From: Alphaproteobacteria bacterium
Lineage (GTDB): Bacteria; Pseudomonadota; Alphaproteobacteria; UBA828
DNA length: 64,000 bases
NCBI GenBank assembly: GCA_965221125.1
Contig: CBDCRW010000007.1
Span: 128,001 to 192,000 of the forward strand
Reading direction: 5' to 3'
The notes below the pieces were generated by a model. It had not been told where the DNA came from. It saw only the letters and a list, made by a program, of their open reading frames with translations, and ran no database searches. The translations under genes and the position numbers were made by a program. Shown here piece by piece: positions 60,532-64,000 of the stretch (its first letter is position 1; each line of letters starts with the position of its first letter).

Positions 60532-61077
60532 TTGTGACTGACATTCTAGTTGGTGCGATTGTCTTAGTCGTGGGAACACTATCGCTTATTTGGCACGTTC
60601 TAAATTCTGCTAAGCAGTTTCTTCATATAGAAGTGACAGTTCGTATCGAACAACTTTAGTATATATCCGCTTTGACTCGCGTCCATAATTCGGCCCTATA
60701 AGAAGCACATCCAAAGTGCATTGGTTCTGATCGGTCCAGAAGAAGAATCGTCATTAGACACGTTCAACGCCGTCAAGAAAGCTGAGAATATATCCTGTAG
60801 TAGTATTGCACATTGTATCGCCACCGCAACTTACAGGGGTTATGAAGGTTACAAGGGGCTTGAAGGAAGATCGATTATTCCTCTATCCTTTTACTCCAGA
60901 AGAGAGTGTGACGGCAAGTGTGGAAAAAGACACATATTTTCCGATGAAATATTAACATATAGAGTGCATATATGTGCGAAAAAAATTCCTAAAATCAGTC
61001 CTTATTGTGTGAGGTTTATTGTTGCAGATCGCGGACGGTCAGCACGCTCTACTCAAGATAGTTTTGTTCTTCATTAG
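60532..61077 (+). pseudogene. Decayed low-GC membrane-anchored hypothetical gene
   Basis: Hydrophobic ILVGAIVLVVGTLSLIW followed by stops and a frameshift into the 60721-61077 ORF. Confidence 0.35.
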
Positions 61078-61275
61078 AAAAGTAAACCCGCTTATCCATA
61101 AGCTTCATCCAGCGATGAGGGTTCGGTAGGGCAATGGGTGTTGTTCGGCACGCGGGTTGCGCGCCGATCGGCGCGATAATCTATTGAAGCGGCTTGATAC
61201 AGGGGGTTACAATTGCACGCCAAGCAACACAAGAGAAATGCGTTCAGCGGGATTCTTCAGCAAGACCTCAGGTTG

Positions 61276-61323
61276 GCGGGCCTATGGTGAACGGGTAGAC
61301 GCCGCCGGATTCAGAATCTGAGT
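61276..61323 (+). pseudogene. Degenerate tRNA-Leu-like 5' half
   Basis: GCGGGC..TGGTGAACGGGTAGACGCCGCCGGATTCAGAATCTG resembles the D-arm and anticodon arm of alphaproteobacterial tRNA-Leu; no pairing T-arm or 3' acceptor strand. Confidence 0.45.
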
Positions 61324-61363
61324 CACATTCGCGAAGCCGCTTCGGGTTCAACTGCATGAAGTC

Positions 61364-61862
61364 ATGATCGAACGAGCACAAGCAACGGACCTCGTCGGAG
61401 CATCGGCTTCGATGCTTTCCTCCTCCTCGCGATGGTTCCTTTCATCTCTCCCTCATCGGCGGTCGAGGACGGATTGTCTGTTGGGCTTCGTGCGGTGGTG
61501 GTAGGCACCAAGGGAAGCCTGCGAACGATTCCGTGGGTGGGGAGATCTACGTTCACAGCACGCAAACCGAGAATCTGGCAATGGACGTGTACTACGGCAT
61601 GCGAATGCTTGATTTTGGAGTTGCCCGCGGGACAAATTCTTGGGTTCAGAACCCGCGGTTTCGACGCATCTGGAAACGCCGTGGATATCGATTCGAGCGC
61701 CGACTCCCATGTGCTCGAGGTACGCACGGCGACGGATGGGAGGCCGTGCCTTCCTTCGGCGCGGGCGTCTGCTACGACCTGACAGAGCGCTTTCGTGTCC
61801 GGGGGAGAGCGAGAAGGTCACGGCCGTCCGGGCATCCGCGGCAACCATATGAAGCTTGGTAG
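61364..61862 (+). pseudogene. Frameshifted remnant, possibly of an outer-membrane beta-barrel protein
   Basis: Signal-like AFLLLAMVPFISPSSA and a FGAGVCYDLTERFRV strand motif lie in different frames. Confidence 0.3.
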
Positions 61863-61992
61863 TCCAGCCACCGCGGGATCGATCGAGATGGATTGGGGAC
61901 CGTTTCTTGGCGCCCCCGTCCCGTCAGGATGCACCCTAATGATGGTGATGTCCATCGACACGACCTCGAGCTCCGATCGACTCCAATCGTGG

Positions 61993-62427
61993 TCAGCAGT
62001 TGAGGATATCCACTCCGACCTCGGCCTCCGCGATCAGGGCGGCCTGTTCGAGCAGGCGGCGCAACGCCCTGTCGGCCAGTTCTGCGCGTAGCGGCGTTCC
62101 GCGAGCCGTGACCTCAACTCCGTCGGCGACAACGTCAACTTTCTTCCTCCTGCCGGCCGCCATATGGTCTCGGAGTTCGGCGCTCAATCGGATATTGGTC
62201 TTCTGCGTCGGTCCGGGTGTTCGGTAGTGCTGCAGGCGTCGACGCAAGTTGTCGGCCTCGCCGATGCAATGCCGAGTCTCCTCGCCCACGTGAAGCCAGA
62301 ACCGGTACAGTCCCGGACGGTGGGGCGCGGCCGGGATGAGGAGGCGACTGATCTTGGGCATGGTGCGATTCCTTACTGAAATCATGGGAACAGAATAGGT
62401 ATCCAGAGGGAGCGTATTGGAGCGCAT
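61993..62427 (-). CDS. GIY-YIG-like nuclease domain protein, possibly degenerate
   Basis: PGLYRF...HCIGEADNLRRRLQHY...RLLEQA. Confidence 0.6.
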   Translation of the reverse strand: MRSNTLPLDTYSVPMISVRNRTMPKISRLLIPAAPHRPGLYRFWLHVGEETRHCIGEADNLRRRLQHYRTPGPTQKTNIRLSAELRDHMAAGRRKKVDVVADGVEVTARGTPLRAELADRALRRLLEQAALIAEAEVGVDILNC

Positions 62428-62571
62428 TCTAGACTATTGCCGTGGCCTGAAAAGTCGTCAAATCAATGAAATATCACAACAAATCGTACTTCAGCGCACT
62501 GCTGTCACAAGTTGCCCAACACCGCACGATGGTTCGGGGCCGCGCGAGCCGATCGCGAGGTCTCGAAAGGG

Positions 62572-63495
62572 TCACTGCCTGCCCAGCACCTCGTCCACGA
62601 AGGCGTCGAAGAGGGCGAGGACCCGCGCCCTGACCTCGTCCGTCTCCATCAGCGGCTCGTGCCGTGACTCGGGGATCGTCTCCAGCCGGCAATCGGGCAT
62701 CCGCCGGGCGAGGCGGGCCTGGGCCGCGTTCGAGACGACCCGGTCGGCGGCCGCGCTCACCATCAGCACCGGCGACCCGATCCGTTCGGGATAGCCCCGG
62801 CTGCGCAGGATCGCCACCGAGCGCCGGGTGGCGGCGAGCCAGCCCACGGTCGGCCAGCCGATGGCGAGCGTCGGCGTCTCGCGCATCAGCCTCTCCATGC
62901 GCGCGTAGCGTGCGCGGTCGCGCGTCAGCGGGTTGCCGTCGTAGGGCGGCGGGAACGAGCTCCACGCCGGCACGTAGCGGTTCCGCAAGCCCACGCTCAT
63001 GGCGGCGACGGTAAGCACGGCGCCGAGCGCCCGCTCCGCCGGGGTCATCATGATGTCCACCATGGGGGCGGAGAGGACGATGCCCTCGGCGAAATAGGGC
63101 GCGCCGGCCTCGTGCTCGGCGCGGTGGCGGAGCACGATGTGGCCCCCCATGGAATGGGCCAGCACCACGATGGGGCGCGGGGCCTCGGGCAGCACCACCC
63201 GCTCCAGGAACAGCGCGAGGTCGCTCAGGTAGTCCTCGTAGCTGACGACGTGGCCCTTGCGCGTGTCCTTCAGCACCCGGCCGGAGTGGCCCTGGCCCCG
63301 CCAGTCGAGCGCGTAGACGGCGAAGCCGCGCGCGTGCAGGTCGCCCACGGTCTCGCCGTACTTCTCGATGAACTCGGCCCGTCCCTGCAGCAACACGACC
63401 GTTCCCCGTGCCTCGCCCGGCGCTGCGGGCCAGACGGCGGTGCGGAGCGGCAGGCCGTCGCGGGCGACGAGGGTCGCGAGCTGCCCGTCGCCCAC
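62572..63495 (-). CDS. Lysophospholipase L2-like alpha/beta hydrolase
   Basis: GRAEFIEKYGE, DWRGQGHS, AHSMGG, SAPM, RHEPLMETD. Confidence 0.88.
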   Translation of the reverse strand: MGDGQLATLVARDGLPLRTAVWPAAPGEARGTVVLLQGRAEFIEKYGETVGDLHARGFAVYALDWRGQGHSGRVLKDTRKGHVVSYEDYLSDLALFLERVVLPEAPRPIVVLAHSMGGHIVLRHRAEHEAGAPYFAEGIVLSAPMVDIMMTPAERALGAVLTVAAMSVGLRNRYVPAWSSFPPPYDGNPLTRDRARYARMERLMRETPTLAIGWPTVGWLAATRRSVAILRSRGYPERIGSPVLMVSAAADRVVSNAAQARLARRMPDCRLETIPESRHEPLMETDEVRARVLALFDAFVDEVLGRQ

Positions 63496-63498
63496 GCC

Positions 63499-64000
63499 TC
63501 AGGCTTTCGTTGCCGGCGCGTCGACCCCTTTGACCGGCACCAGGCCGGCGGGCGCGAGGCCGGCGAGCCTGACCGTGAGCGGGCCCGGCGTCTGGCCCCG
63601 ATCCTCCATGCGCTCCTTGCGCCGGTTGGCCGCGACCACCAGGCGCCCGCCGAAATAGCGCACCGGCTCGCGCGGGAAGAGCCCCACGTCGTCCCGCACC
63701 AGCCCGCACTCGGACCACTCGTCCTTATGCCCCAGCGCGAGCGAGGCGAGGATGCGCGCGCCCACCGAGGTCGGCCCCACGCCGTTGCCGGAGAAGCCGA
63801 GGCCGTAGAGCAGGTCGTCGCGCCCGCCGAGCCGGCCGAAGAAGGGGAGCCCGCTCAAGGAGCGGTCGATGGGCCCGGTCCAGCTCGTCGCGATCGGCAC
63901 GTCGCCGAAATCCGGGAAGATGTGGCGGAAGTAGCGCTCGACCTCGCGGGCGCGGGGCGAAGCGCCGTTGAAGCGCTCGTCCACCCGGTTGCCGAAGGCG
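63499..64000 (-). CDS. FAD-dependent oxidoreductase (DadA/PuuB-like), C-terminal part; begins outside window
   Basis: SWTGPID, LPFFG, GFSGNGVGP. Confidence 0.8.
   Translation of the reverse strand, partial: AFGNRVDERFNGASPRAREVERYFRHIFPDFGDVPIATSWTGPIDRSLSGLPFFGRLGGRDDLLYGLGFSGNGVGPTSVGARILASLALGHKDEWSECGLVRDDVGLFPREPVRYFGGRLVVAANRRKERMEDRGQTPGPLTVRLAGLAPAGLVPVKGVDAPATKA

Noticed and set aside
61276-61360. Functional tRNA gene
   Set aside because: No T-stem pairing, acceptor stem or CCA end.

Overview
High-GC, probably alphaproteobacterial chromosome segment (Rhodospirillales-like rpiB-glyA-nrdR-ribD-ribE-ribB-ribH-nusB-thiL order). Several features point to a marine sponge symbiont, but this is inference. 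Main blocks: (1) 1-13.9 kb, a catabolic locus with proline iminopeptidase, a complete peptide ABC importer, two hydantoinase/oxoprolinase B subunits, one A subunit, an M19 dipeptidase and an SDR, proposed as an ATP-dependent cyclic dipeptide/lactam utilisation system; (2) 13.9-15.3 kb, a scar with metH, recD2-like and GIY-YIG-like fragments; (3) parE, amidase, ybdK-like ligase, a low-GC secreted SH3 protein, Rieske oxygenase plus acetamidase, and a regulator-aceB-aceA glyoxylate shunt; (4) an amidohydrolase with an internal TAG, MetE-like protein, GMC/GcvT/cysteine-hydrolase operon, transporters, a cytochrome c fusion and two GSTs; (5) an intact IS481-family element next to an unexplained phased 10-bp repeat array; (6) riboflavin/glyA core operon; (7) a Sup-like ACP plus hydrolase with no PKS nearby; (8) a polyamine ABC operon broken by IS5/IS21/IS3 debris, then a decaying low-GC island (SH3-MORN protein with internal TGA, tRNA-Leu-like remnant, GIY-YIG). 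No intact rRNA, tRNA or CRISPR array was seen. All family calls come from motif recognition by eye; no database searches were run.
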